From Anolis carolinensis (Eukaryota): DNA of 64,000 bases. The stretch is from the NCBI RefSeq assembly GCF_035594765.1, contig NC_085842.1, positions 280,969,749 through 281,033,748 on the forward strand, given 5' to 3'. Shown in pieces: positions 26,473 through 39,050 of this stretch (positions are counted from its first letter, which is position 1; each line of letters begins with the position of its first letter). The notes below the pieces were generated by a model. It was not told the DNA's origin and made no database searches. It saw nothing but the letters and a program-made list of their open reading frames with translations. The position numbers were made by a program, and so were the translations under genes.

Positions 26473-28675
26473 TTTAGTAATACTAACTATGTAATAGATA
26501 TGAGTGATATGAGGTAAATACGGTGATTAAGGGTATAGTTTAGATTGGGAAGTGTACTTCCCAAAGAATGACATTTCCTGTTTTTATTTGTTCTTTGTAT
26601 TTTTATATGGAATCAATGTTCTTTTTCTTGTGTATCTTTCCCTCCCCCTTCCCCTCTCCCTATACCTATTTCCCTCTTTTTCTTTTGTCACCCCCCCTTT
26701 TTTTTTTCTTTCCCCCACTTTTTGTTTCCCCACTATACCCCCGTTTTTATATGCTTGCACTGTATTTGAAAAACTTCAAATAAAATTATTTAAAAAAAAA
26801 GAGGTTTTCACTGCAAAACTACTTCTTATGAATTTTGTGTGGGAATTGCCAGTTGTCAACAAGGTGCAAAAACATGTGGGTTTTGAAATCCTTCTCACAA
26901 CAGGAAATGTGTAACCTGTGCTCCAGACTGAGATTGGGGTGGAATTGCAGGATGGGGAAGTTGGAAGACAGGGCATGTTAGCAAGTAATTACTGATACAT
27001 CAATGTCTAGCAAGCATGGTGTTTTCATTTATTTAATATCCAGTATATGTATGCAGATAGCCACATATGCATATACTCAAATTCCCAAGATCTGATTCCC
27101 TGTTTGATGGGGTGTGTGGATGGAAGGGTTCCATTTTATTAAATAAAATGGGAATATAATCCCCTCTTGGATCAGTGCATGTGTGAGGGCATTCTCATAA
27201 TCATGATCCTCCTCCCCGCTTCTGGGGAGCAGAGTTATTCACTTCAATGACTGGCAAAGGATTGCAGGGAATTAGTGTCCATCAGCCTCTTGAGAGTCAC
27301 TTGATTCCCACTTCTACTTTGCACACATACCTAGGAGTAAGCCCCGATGAAGTAAAAGGGGGTTGTTTAATAAATAAAAGGATAAAAATGGGTGAAGTTC
27401 TTTCTCTTGATAGTAATAACTAAATTATGCCTTCATTATCAGAAGGGCTTAATTAAAAGTAACACATTACTTTGTGACAAGATGGTCCTAAGTGCTGAGC
27501 AGAGTTTAAAAGATGCAGATACAGAAGTACAGAGGAAGTGAGTTGGCTGGGACTGCTTCTAGTCCAATAGTGTCCTCAATCAGTGGGATGATGTAGTTCA
27601 CGTCTCCTCATGCCAGATCGAGTTACTGTTGCTTCATCGTGTGTTTGAACTGTGCAGATCCCAACTATTTCACAATACCACATCAATTTCTTCCAAGTTC
27701 AGTACCTTCCCCTCTGATAAAACAATGCAAACTGTTTACTTGATCCCTCTCAATTATATTTGTAAAATATGTGCACATTTTTCCACTTCTGTCTTTGGCA
27801 TGATTCTGGTAAGCACAAAAAGAAGAAGCATGTATGTATTGTAAACTGGATGCAATGCACCCAGATTACAGTACACAGTACACAAACCACATGGGATGAA
27901 AAAGGAGCAACACATTCAGAGGGAAATTATTATAAGGTTTGCTTTGGGGGCATACTGATAAAAACATAGAGTAAAAGTCCTAGTGTGTCAGCTGAAACAC
28001 AGAGTTTACTCTCAGTTTATTTAGTTGTGTCTGTACATATAAATAGATGTAACTGATTCTAGTGAGGTGTGTTTAGGTAGGTGGCATCTGGCCCAGCCAG
28101 GCTCTCCTACTCAGACACCGAAACGTCAGTCTCCGCTCAACACAAGCACAGCAAAGTAGTAGCTTCTCTTCTCGGCACCAGTCTGAACAGCTGTGTCTCC
28201 TAAATCATCCACCTAGGTCTTTTCACTTCTGTGTGGGTGGCACAAAAAGAACAGAATGATAGCGCAGGCAGCAAGTGCCAAAGAATTCTGGAGTAGTCGC
28301 CTGTATTATGTACATAACAGGAAATGGCTGACATTGGCTATGTGCGGTGGGGCAAAGCTTTGCCTGTCATTCAGATCCCTGCTTATCTATGAAACTCACT
28401 GGAGGAACTAAGTTGGGACAGATATCTTTCAAGTTAATCAACCTCACAAATATAATGTGAAGGTGGGGGGGGGGGGTAATATTCTAACCATAACTTTAGG
28501 AAAAATATTTGGAGGGTTGGTTAGACAATATCTTTCACAAACTCTTAGAAAGCTTGGTTGTTGAGAGGTATTGAGGACTGAAATCCAAAAAAGGAAATTT
28601 TCCCAAGCTCTGACTATGCTCTAAACTTCTTTGAGGATTGGAAGAAATCTTCCAAACCTCTACACCATGTAAAGT

Positions 28676-28745
28676 TCCTGCTTCTTGCAGGGGGTTGGAC
28701 TGGATGGCCCATGAGGTCTCTTCCAACTCTACGATTCTATGATTG
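28676..28745 (+). mobile_element. CR1 3' end (other CR1 ends at ~53925-54045 +, ~63170-63420 -, ~63917-64000 -)
   Basis: GGGGGTTGGACTGGATGGCCCATGAGGTCTCTTCCAACTCTACGATTCTATGATT is the typical CR1 terminus. Confidence 0.8.
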
Positions 28746-29620
28746 TATTTATTTATTTATTTATTACATGCATTTATACCCCGCCCTTCTCCCCGAGGGG
28801 ACTCAGAGCGGCTTACATTCTGCCACGAGGGCCAGCAACAAATATACTATAAAAACAAAACAATTAAAACATGATAAAAACATGATAAAAAGTATACAAA
28901 AATTAAAACGCTGCAAAGCAGCGATATTGCACCATCCTCAGTCATTCACTATTGCTACAATTACAGATTTGCGACCCGATTACAACAGCCAATGAGCTTA
29001 TTCGCTGAATGCCTGGGCGCAGAGCCAAGTTTTTAGTTTTCTTCTAAATCCCAGGAGGGATGGGGTTTGCTGGATATCGCTGGGGAGGGAGTTCCACAGC
29101 CAAGGAGCCACCACCGAGAAGGCCCTGTCCCTCGTCCCCACCAGCCGCACCTGCGAGGCAGGTGGGATTGAGAGCAGGGCCTCCCCGGAAGATCTTAAGG
29201 TTCTCACGGGCTCATAGGAGGAGATACGTTCGGATAGATAAGCAGGACCAGAACCGTTTAGGGCTTTGTAGGTCAAAACCAGCACTTTGAATTGGGCTCG
29301 GTAGCATATCGGCAGCCAGTGGAGCTGGCTTAGCAGGGGGGTTGTACGCTCCCTGTAAGCCGCTCCCGTTATTAACCTGGCTGCCGCCCGCTGCACCAGC
29401 TGGAGCTTCCGGGCCGTCTTCAAAGGCAGCCCCACGTAGAGTGCGTTGCAGTAATCCAGCCGGGATGTGACCAGAGCGTGGACCACCGTGGCCCAGTCAG
29501 ACCTCCCAAGGAACGGGCGCAGCTGGCACACAAGGCGGAGTTGTGCGAAGGCTCTCCCGGCCACCGCTGAAACCTGAGGCTCCAGGCTCAGCGATGAGTC
29601 CAGGATCATCCCCAGACTGT
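28746..29620 (-). mobile_element. 5'-truncated L2-clade LINE (young, open 203-aa ORF2 C-terminus)
   Basis: ORF 28998-29609 is homologous to the 12022 copy. CpGs are retained, and the 3' stem-loop and (TAAA)n tail are present. Confidence 0.9.
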
Positions 29621-29722
29621 AGGTCTCACAACATTACCAGAAATGTGTATCATTTAACTATGCCAGATATGAAATGTAGCATTTGATGTTGTGTTTGGAA
29701 GCCCTTTAAATACAATAACTAA

Positions 29723-29880
29723 ACCAGATCTTATCTCACCTTTAAAGCAAAGTAGGTTAGTTCTGGTGAATACTTGAATGGGTGGCTGCCAATGAATTCC
29801 ATGTGCTGTAGGCTATATTTCAGAAAATGGTATGAAATTTAAGAGGTCACCATAAATTGACAGGTGACTTCAAGGCACAT
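29723..29880 (+). mobile_element. Degenerate 5S rRNA-derived SINE (SINE3-like)
   Basis: ..TGGTGAATACTTGAATGGGTGGCTGCCAATGAATTCCATGTGCTGTAGGCT resembles the 3' half of 5S rRNA and is followed by a SINE-like tail. Confidence 0.55.
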
Positions 29881-31894
29881 ATTAATCTGAAGCTATAACT
29901 GTAGCCTAGCAAGGTTGTGTGTATGAATCCTAATGTTTTTATGCAAAACTCAACCTTTTTGTCTAAAATATAATTTTTATTTACAGCAGTTGACTCTTTT
30001 TTCTGAGTAGGTATTTTGATGTATGGAAAAATAAGAAAACTTGCATATGTTAATTGCAGCACCTGAGAGCATATACATATAATTAGGGCATTACAAAGCA
30101 GACTGTGTGATGCACACATAACGATGCCCCCTATAACTCACCACCACTTCCTAACCTCTAGAAATTTCTGTTAGAGGCAGTCACTTCACTCTGCCTAATG
30201 GACCAGACCCATTGCCTGCTGGTAACAAGTTATGCTTGTATCTAACTCTGATCCCATCAAAAATAATTTAATAGATACTTTCTCACATTCTTTTTTTCCC
30301 TGATGGGATAAAAGCAAATTTCCAAAAGTTAGGAAAGATTATCAGTTAAAATTTGGTTAGCATAAAGTATGTTTTCAGTACACACTTGCAGAGGTGTAGC
30401 ACTTTTCTCCCACCAGAAATGCAATTCAGTGTGAGCTGTTTCCTAAAGGAAAGGTATATGTGAAAATTTAGATTATTTTGTCTAGCACAGCTGCTGCTTC
30501 TACTGCAAAATGAGAGCTGCAACTGATGACAAGGTAGTACGGAACTTGACACCTCTCCTGGCATCTACTCAAGAACACAGAATGTTTTAGCCGGCCTGTG
30601 GCATGTGATACATTTCTTAATTGTTGATAACATATAATTAGGAGAATGTAAGCTAAGTTTAATGAAGGCACTAAGTTAAACTTACAGGCTTTACTATACT
30701 TGGACAGACTTTGTTAGTCTTGGAATGTGACTCTGCAGAATAACGGTTTATAAACAGGACGAAATAGCATCTTCTCTTCACAAACTATCAACCTAAAATT
30801 ATGGCTGACACCCTCAGCCACAGTAAATGTTTTATACTGAATAAACGTCAGCTGGTCTGAAGGGGACACAGTGCCTAAAATATTTTTTTCCCTTTAACAA
30901 AGTTAAAGCCAGAGCTTGTGTGGAAATTTCTGGCATGTAAAGAAATCATTATCTCATGCCTGAGCTATATATTCTCTGCTGATTTGTACAAACTTGGGTT
31001 GAAATTCAAGGCACATTTACCTAGGAATAAAGCCAATTGAATGCAATAGTATGTACTTGCTACAGAATGGACATCCATAGGATTAGACTGATTTTTGTTG
31101 GTCCTAAGAGTAACACATTACACATTATTACTACATTATTATGAGACACATCCCAGTCATGAGAAAGTACCTTTAACTGCTATGGAGTGCAGTTGGAAAG
31201 AATTAAAGATGTGCAGAAATGCCTTGAAAATCTCACAGATTCCAAAGTGCTAATACAAACTCACATCCACTGATTTGTATGCAGAAATGCAGTCCAAGGA
31301 TGTCCCAACACAATCAACAGTAACTACTTTCCCATGAGATTGTTGAAAGCTATCAGCTAGTGATCATATTATCAAACCATTTCCATACCCTTGAGGCTTG
31401 TAAAAAAAATAAAACTTAAAATCAGTCAGGGAAACAGAAGACAGGTATGAGACAGAAAAGGAGGGGGGATATCTATGATGGCATCAAAATATACCTAGAC
31501 TACATTCGGGATTACAGATAAAAAGGGCTCCTAGCAGAGATCCTCGTGTAGGATGCAGAAAGGTACTGGGTTTTTTTGTTTGTTTTTTTGCAGATCCTCC
31601 TTGTTAAACAGTCACTTCCACAGTCTCCTGTGGTGTCTGAACAGCCCCACAACTGTCTAGAGAAGTTTTCAAGGCAGGGAATTAGACCATGGTCTCTTTT
31701 AACCAAATCAGATTAAGTCCAGTGCTGGAAAAAGATGCTGACTCTCTGAATTTGGTGGACCATTCAAGAAGACTTATTGCAAACATATATTATGGCTTCC
31801 ATGAATTGGAGTTTCTATAAACTTGAGTCCATTTCATCACATCTATTGGGTGCAATCATAAATTGACAAGAAAGAATGGGAAAATTCTCTTTAT

Positions 31895-31976
31895 TGTGTT
31901 GTTTATTCGTTCAGTTGCTTCCGACTCTTCGTGACCTCATGGACCAGCCCACACCAGAGCTTCCTGTCAGCCGTCT
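31895..31976 (-). mobile_element. BovB 3' end fragment
   Basis: The reverse complement matches 9575-9652 (TGGTCCATGAGGTCAC.AAGAGT..GAA). Confidence 0.8.
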
Positions 31977-33339
31977 GATTCTAATGAAAAAGAACAAAAA
32001 GTTACATGACTGGTAATATAGATGGCCATGGCACTGGTAAAATTCAACAAACAAACATGAAGGGCGATTTTGAGCCCTAAGAAATAGAAATGAATTTCTT
32101 TATAAACTGTACTTTTTATAAACAGTAATTCAGCAGTTTCACACTAGAGCTTCATTAAGGTCATATACAGAATGCCCTATACATGAATGTGTTCAACTGA
32201 ATTCTAATAAAACTATGCCAATTGTTTGGTTGAATCCTGAAATGAATCAGGCGAATTAGGAATAATATAGACTGCATCCAAATTAGATAACATTGTTCTG
32301 AATTAGGTCAGAATTGGTTCAACATGAATTTGAAGATGTAAATGCAAAGGTGCAGTAAAAGAAAGCCAAGGAGTATGCTTTCAAAATGTTGAGGAATGGT
32401 ACCATATAAGATAAACATTGGAGCAGGGAAAGGGATGAATACTCTTGTACTCAGAAACACATGCAAGCACAGTCTGAAATGTATTTAGAGCCAAGGAAAT
32501 GAAAAACTGGGCAACACCTTGGGTTGTAGTTTTGCCTGTCTCATGTGGGACTTTATGACACAGAGGTGGTGAACCAGACAATAGCAGGGTCATACCATAT
32601 AACATCATGTGATACATGTTGCCGATTTACCACGTCCCCACAATAAAGTCATGCAACACTTCCAGGAGTTATTTTGTGCAGTGAGTTCAAGAGCTTCTGT
32701 GGTGGCATCTACCAGAGACCACTCTTTCTATTTATTTATTTATTTTTAATTGTTTTCATGAATGATGAAGTGCATGTAAAATTGTGTTATGTTCATTATG
32801 TCCTTTATAATATACCTGGACACATGTTCTTCTTATTGGATCCCTGTCCCCATTAGCCAAATAATCCTTTCCTTGAAAGGAATAATTAGTGAACAAGTAT
32901 TCTACCAGAAGAAAGATACTGCTCTTAGTTCAATGGATTAAAAGAAATCTGCACAAAGAATAAAGTTCATTCAATTTTATTGCATCCTTTTGAAAGCTTT
33001 TTGGTCTTTTAATTTGTTCTCATGTTATCAGAATTGATTTTCCGTCTCTGCTATCCCAGAAAGAATCCCTTTGGTGAATCTCTCAGCAGATACCAGTAAT
33101 GAAGAATCGGTTTGCAGGATAGTTGCTTTGCTTGGGCTTAAATCCAGAGCTTCCCTGGAAGGTTCTCTCCCACAGCCACTAAAGTATTAATATAGAAATG
33201 TGGAATTTTCTAGATGTGCCTCTCTGAGAGGGAAGATATTTATCTACATGAAAGGAGGTGGGGGCATTTACCTCATATATTTTAAAATAAACATTAGAAT
33301 TTTTGAAAAGCTTGCTTACAAAACTCATAAGAATTAAAA

Positions 33340-33681
33340 CAGTTTGAACATCCCTTATCCAGAAACCTTAAATCTAAAAAAATTCCAAAATCCAAAACTG
33401 TCCACATGGATGGCTGAGCTAGGAACACTTTTCTGTTTCAATCTACTCAAAGTTTGTTCCATGCAAAAATTATTAAACATATTATATATATTGTGTATAA
33501 AATTACTTTCAGCCTACATATGCAAGTTGTGCATGAAACATGAATGAATGTTATGCTTAAGCTTAGGTCCCAGCTCCAAGATGCCTCATTATGTATATGC
33601 AAATAGGTCATAGGTCAAAAATAAAATAAAATTCAAAAGACCTCCAGTCCCTCGTACTTTAGATAATGGATACTTAATCTG
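33340..33681. mobile_element. Tigger-like MITE (second copy)
   Basis: Colinear similarity to 18586-18935; ends ..GGATACTTAATCTG TA. Confidence 0.7.
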
Positions 33682-34548
33682 TAGTGTAATGTGCCAAAAC
33701 GTCTGAGGGAAACTAGGGTTTAGAACAGTTACTTATTGTAGCTAAATCCAATTGACAACAAGTTTGTTGTTGCTAAATCCCTTCGAGTCACTCCCAGCTT
33801 ATGGTGACCCTTAAGGCAAACCAGACACAAGATTTTCTTGGCAAAATTTGTTCGCCAGGGTTTGCCTTTGCCTTCCTCTGCTGCTGAGAGAATGCAATTT
33901 GCCTAAGGTCACCAGTGTATTTCCATGGCTGAGCAAGGAAGACTCATTGAATCCCCAAAATTTTGAGGAAACTATGTTTTTGCATGGAGGTTCAGTCCTC
34001 AAAATGCCTCTAGCAATACCCCAAACTATGCTTCAACATACAAACTATCTAACCTAACTTGATTTTGGTGCAAAACAGATTCTTGTGTTTCTGAGAACAG
34101 GGACCTTCAGGTGACATTTTAAAAATCATGTAAAGCAAAGTCTATGTCAGTTTTTTTCTTGTTTCAATACAAGAGTGACATTGAAACAGATCTACCATGT
34201 TCTGACTTATGTGGGCAAAACGCCCAGGTCTATTTTGGTTTCAAATGTCCTAAATCATGTACTACATGACATGAAACAAAGGAAACAAACAAGGAAATAA
34301 ACAGGATATTCAATTTCCCATTAGTTTTCAAAGAAAGTCAAAATTTGACTTTTGTTAGAAAATCAGACTTAGATTCCTACAGTAAAAAATATCTTAAATA
34401 TTTTATTTATGCATCCATTTTTATCTCATATACTCAGGACAGAAGGTTAAATAGGAAAGAAAGGAGGTGAATAAAGATATAGCAATGAGCATGAGAATTT
34501 GTCGATATTACAAGCCTACAATTGTTTCTACTTTTTAATCTGTTTTCA

Positions 34549-36654
34549 GGATATTACTCCTGATATAGCTGTCCTGTTGGAAGATTATTACAGGTTCCAC
34601 AATGAAGACTCATTTAGTGAGCAAACTCTTCAGGCAGTGCAGAGCATTCTGTCCTCTATCTCTGAAGCGAAGAAAGAACAGTGGATAAAGTTGGTAACAG
34701 AAGGCGAGATGGGCAGGACTACTCAGAAGGCATGGAGGTTGTTAAGACAGTTGAGCAATGATCCTTCACAAACGAATACCCATGCCAACACAAAGGTAGA
34801 TCAGATAATGCATCAATTCCTGATTAATGGAAAACCCAACCTTGTCACAAAACTAGGAAGGACAACCAAATAATGAGAACAACCACATTTATGAACCTTT
34901 TACATCTACTGAATTGGAAATAGCTCACAATAGATGTAAAAATGGCAAAGCGCTGGCCTGGACAATCTACGGATGGGACAAATTAAGAACTTTAGCCCAA
35001 AAGCAAGATGCTGGCTGCTGAAACTGATAAACAACTGAATCGCATCCCATCAGATCCCTAAAATCTGGAGGAAAGCAAGAGTCATAGCCATTTTGAAACC
35101 AGGCAAAGACCATAATGATCCAAAAAGCTATAGATCAATCTCCTTGTTGTGCTATCTTTATAAAGTTCTGGAGAGACTTATTCTGCATAATAATTATGGA
35201 AAAAAATAGACCCATGTATGATTCCACAGCAAGGTGGTTTCAGGAAAGGGAAAGGCTGCACATCACAAGCATTGAACCTGACTGAGCACATAGAAGATGG
35301 TTTTGAAAGGCAGCAGATTACAGGAGCTGTCTTCATAGACCTGTCAGGAGCTTATGATATTGTAATCATCACCTTTTCCTGAGAAAAAATTATAATATCA
35401 CAAAGGATTACCACCTTACCTGCTTCATATGAAATCTGGTATAAAACAGGAGCTTTTTTGTTGAGTTCCAGGGGGAGCGTGCTTGCTCCATCAATGTTTA
35501 AGCAAATGATCAGCCACTGCCAGAAGGGACAGGGAGTTTCATCTATGCTGACAATCGTGCCATCAACGCTCAAGCAGGGAGCTTTGAAATGGTTGAACAG
35601 AAGCTCTCCGAAGCTCTAGGTGCTCTTACTGCCTATTACAGGGGAAACCAGCTGATTTTTAATCCATCTAAAATGCAGGCATGAACTTTTCATCTTAAGA
35701 ACAGACAAGCATATTGAGCTCTGAGGATTACCTGAAAAGGAATCCCATTGGAGCATTGCAGCACACCAAAATACCTGAGAGTTACTTTGGAAAGTGTTCT
35801 GACTTACAAGAAGCACTGTTTGATTATTATGCAAAAGATGGGTGCAAGAAATAATATCATATGAAAGCTAACTGACACGTCCTGGGGATCACAACCAGCT
35901 ACAGTGAAGACATCTGACCTTGTGCTTTGCTACTCTGCTGCTGAATATGTATGCCCAGTGTGGAATACATCTCACCATGTTAAAACAGTGGATGTGGATC
36001 TTAATGAGACATGCCACATTATTACAGGATGTCGATGCCCTACACTGCTGGAGAAATTATACTGTTTAGCCGGTATTGCATCACCTCATATCCATCGGGA
36101 AGTAGCAGCCAGTAAATAAAAGACTAAGGCATTGACATCTCTGGTCCATCTTCTGTACAGATATCAGCCAGCATGCCAACATCGTAAATCAAGAAATAGC
36201 TTTCTAAGATCTACAAAGATACTTGGAGGAACACCTCAGCAAGCGAGAGTCCAAAAGTGGCAGATTAAAACCCAGAACCTCAATCAGTGGTTGATACCAG
36301 ATGAGAAACTCCCTTCTGGGCACCCAGGAGACTCAGTGACTTGAAAGGAACTGAACAGATTGTGCTCTGGTATTACAAGATGCAGAGCCAATCTTAAGAA
36401 ATGGGGGCACAAAGTGGAGTGCACAACATGTGAGTGTGGAGAAGATCAAACCACAGACCACTTACTACAATGCACTCTGAGCCCTGCCACATGCACAGTG
36501 GAGGACCTTCTTACAACGAAATCAGAGGTACTTGAAGTGGCCAGCTTCTGGTCAAAAGAAATTTTGCATAATGTCAAGTTTTTAAACTTTACTTGTGGTT
36601 TTTTTAAATACAGATTCACTGTATTCTTAATTCACTTCTGACATGATAAATAAC
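34549..36654 (+). mobile_element. 5'-truncated Vingi/ingi-type LINE, degenerate
   Basis: RT motifs include KSYRSISLL, QGGFRKG, AVFIDLSGAYD, QGSVLAP and IYADN, plus YSAAEYVCPVW and a C-terminal CECG..QTTDHLL.C. The TSD CTGTTTTCA lies at 34540-34548 and 36655-36663. Confidence 0.85.
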
Positions 36655-37137
36655 CTGTTTTCACAACATTATCAAAACTGAAGACTACTACATAGGTCCC
36701 TCCAAGAGAAATCTGTAATGTTATTGATTTCACTTATAGCTTAGGAAAGGAAATATGTGAATTACTGGCCTATACACAGAAGGCTTATTTTTATGAGAAA
36801 ATTTGGGATGACACTTCATTGCTTTTTTCACCTGCACTTGCCAACTTGGCAGTTGAAACTCAGCTTACTGTTCTGACTGTCATATTCTATTGTACAGATG
36901 TTTCCTGAAGACTCAACACACAATGACCAGCATGTAGCCACAGAAATTGTCTGTCTGTAGTCAGAAAAAATGGAAAGGGGAAAAATACTGTATTGATTGG
37001 TGACTAAACAGAAACTATTGAGAAAGGAAAACAAAACAAAAATTTTAGTATAAATGCTGTGCATTGCACTGTGTTTGGCAGGGCAACTGAATGGTGTAAG
37101 GCCAGAACGAGAGACAAAGTAAGGACTAACATAATAA

Positions 37138-37555
37138 TAGTATCATATATATTCATGTATAAGTCTAGAAATTTTAGTCAAAGAATCAGCCCAAATAATC
37201 AGCCCAATCGATTTATCCATGGGTCAATATAATTACTGTCTCGTAATTTGGTTTTTTTTAAAAAAGGAATTATCTCCTTCTCTCAGTAGAGTGGTAAAAG
37301 GTGAGAACTTATTTCCATCCAGAAAAATCTACAAGAAGCACTGATACCCTACTATCTATGCCACTTCTATGTCTAGCCTATTTGAATGCCGGGGCGAGGA
37401 AACGTGGAAAACAGGAGTAGTTGGCCTCCTCAGGTGGCCCTGGCATTGCCCCTTTCTGTGGAATGATACTTGATTTATCCACAGGTCATATCAAAATCCA
37501 TAATTTTGGCTCAAATCCTGCCTTACAGTTGACTTGTATGAGAGCATATACAATA
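37138..37555. mobile_element. Mariner-type MITE, degenerate
   Basis: Imperfect TIRs (TATATATTCATGTATAAGTC / GACTTGTATGAGAGCATATAC) and internal repeated GATTTATCCA. Confidence 0.55.
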
Positions 37556-37747
37556 GTACTTTGCATACCTATGAGCCAATACTGTTTTCAAAATGTTGCT
37601 AAGATTTCTCAGTGCTTAGGTGAAATGGCTGGTATAGCTTTCCATTAATATTGACATCATTTGGAGGTCAAACTCAGATGCTTATTGATTTGTATTTTCA
37701 CTTTGTTGGGCATGTATTGTATATTGGGAAATGTCTGATGTATCTCT

Positions 37748-38159
37748 TGTCAGAGTATTGTAGCACAGCAGTAGTAGTACGAAAAGCAATGGAGCGCAGA
37801 ATGAAGTGACACTTCGAGGTGTCAGTAAAAGCAATATACAAAGCTTTACTGAACGGAGCAGAAAACAGCACAAACAGACTCTTGCAGATGACAAACAAAC
37901 ACAGGACTGATCTGTTCTCCAACAGATCTCAAACTCAACTCGAACTCAAGACAGACTGAACTGATGCAATAGATATGCACATACTCTTGTGTCTGGATCC
38001 TCCCTAGTTCCAGCCACACACACCAAGGTCATCATAGCTCATTAGTGATTAACTCTTTACACACTATATTACACACTCTGGATGATGCAATCTGACTGCA
38101 ATACAAGCATGGCACAAATTACATTTAAACACTCTCATTACACAAATCTCACTTTGACA
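37748..38159 (-). mobile_element. Solo LTR (412 bp)
   Basis: TGTCA...TGACA termini, 5-bp TSD TCTCT at 37743-37747 and 38160-38164, and a poly(A)-like AGTAAA on the - strand. Confidence 0.8.
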
Positions 38160-38553
38160 TCTCTTTTACATCTTTTACCTCACAGATTCCTAAAATTACT
38201 GCATACATCCAATGAAGTGAAAAAGCACACTGGCACAGCCAGACTGTTCTTCAGAAATCATTTATGACCTAGGACAAAAATTGGGGAAGAATACCAACAT
38301 AAACTATTCAAACTATCACCGATGAGCTACAGACTATCCTAGATAGTGACCCTTCATTCCATAGATCTTGGGCTTGCTCACAGGTAACCCCCCTTCCTTC
38401 ATCTCAAGCAGCTACAGTAGGCAACACAACAGGGATACAAACACTAGGACCAGACCTTGCAGCAAACTAGGTGTCTGCTCTGTTCCTTTATCAACTATAC
38501 CAACACCATTAAAGCACTAAATAACATCACCCTTAACATTACCATTCTAAATA

Positions 38554-38999
38554 AGGGTCCACAGTGGTGCAATGGATTAAACCCTTGTGCTGCTGAACTG
38601 CTGACCTGAAGGTTAGCAGTTTGAATCCGTGAGACGGGGTGAACTCCTGCTGTTAGTCCTAGCTCCTGCCAACCTAGCTGTTCAAAAACATTCAAATGTG
38701 AGTAGATAAATAGGTACTGCTTCTGCACTCCAAAGATACACTCCAAGCAGTTTTTCTGGCCACACAGGAGGTGTCTACAACAACGCAGGCTCCTTGGCTT
38801 GGAAATGGAGAAGAGCACCTCCCCCAGAACTAGAGATGAGCACTGTCTCCAGAGCCGGAAATGAAAGGAGAAGCCTTTGCCTGTGTCTTTGTGTTTCACG
38901 GTAGTTTCATTTGTAACAAGTCATTTGCCTGTGTTTGTTTATATGTTGTAATCCACTTTGAGTCCCCTTGAGGGAAAGGGCAGAATATAAATAAAGTGG

Positions 39000-39049
<50 letters not shown>
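38554..39049 (+). mobile_element. SINE with Sauria-like head/body and L2-like 3' tail plus (TTA)n
   Basis: The head/body aligns to 48572-48800. The tail GAGTCCCCTTGAGGGAAAGGGCAGAATATAAATAAAG resembles the L2 3' ends in this window. Confidence 0.8.

Positions 39050-39050
<1 letters not shown>

Larger units (their letters stand above)
20566..26795 (+). mobile_element. Full-length L1 (LINE-1 clade) non-LTR retrotransposon
   Basis: The TSD AAAAAGAGGTTTTC lies at 20552-20565 and 26796-26809. The element has a ~1 kb CpG-rich 5'UTR, ORF1, and ORF2 (APE, RT, CCHC). The pyrimidine-rich 3'UTR has AATAAA (~26779) and a short poly-A. Confidence 0.97.
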
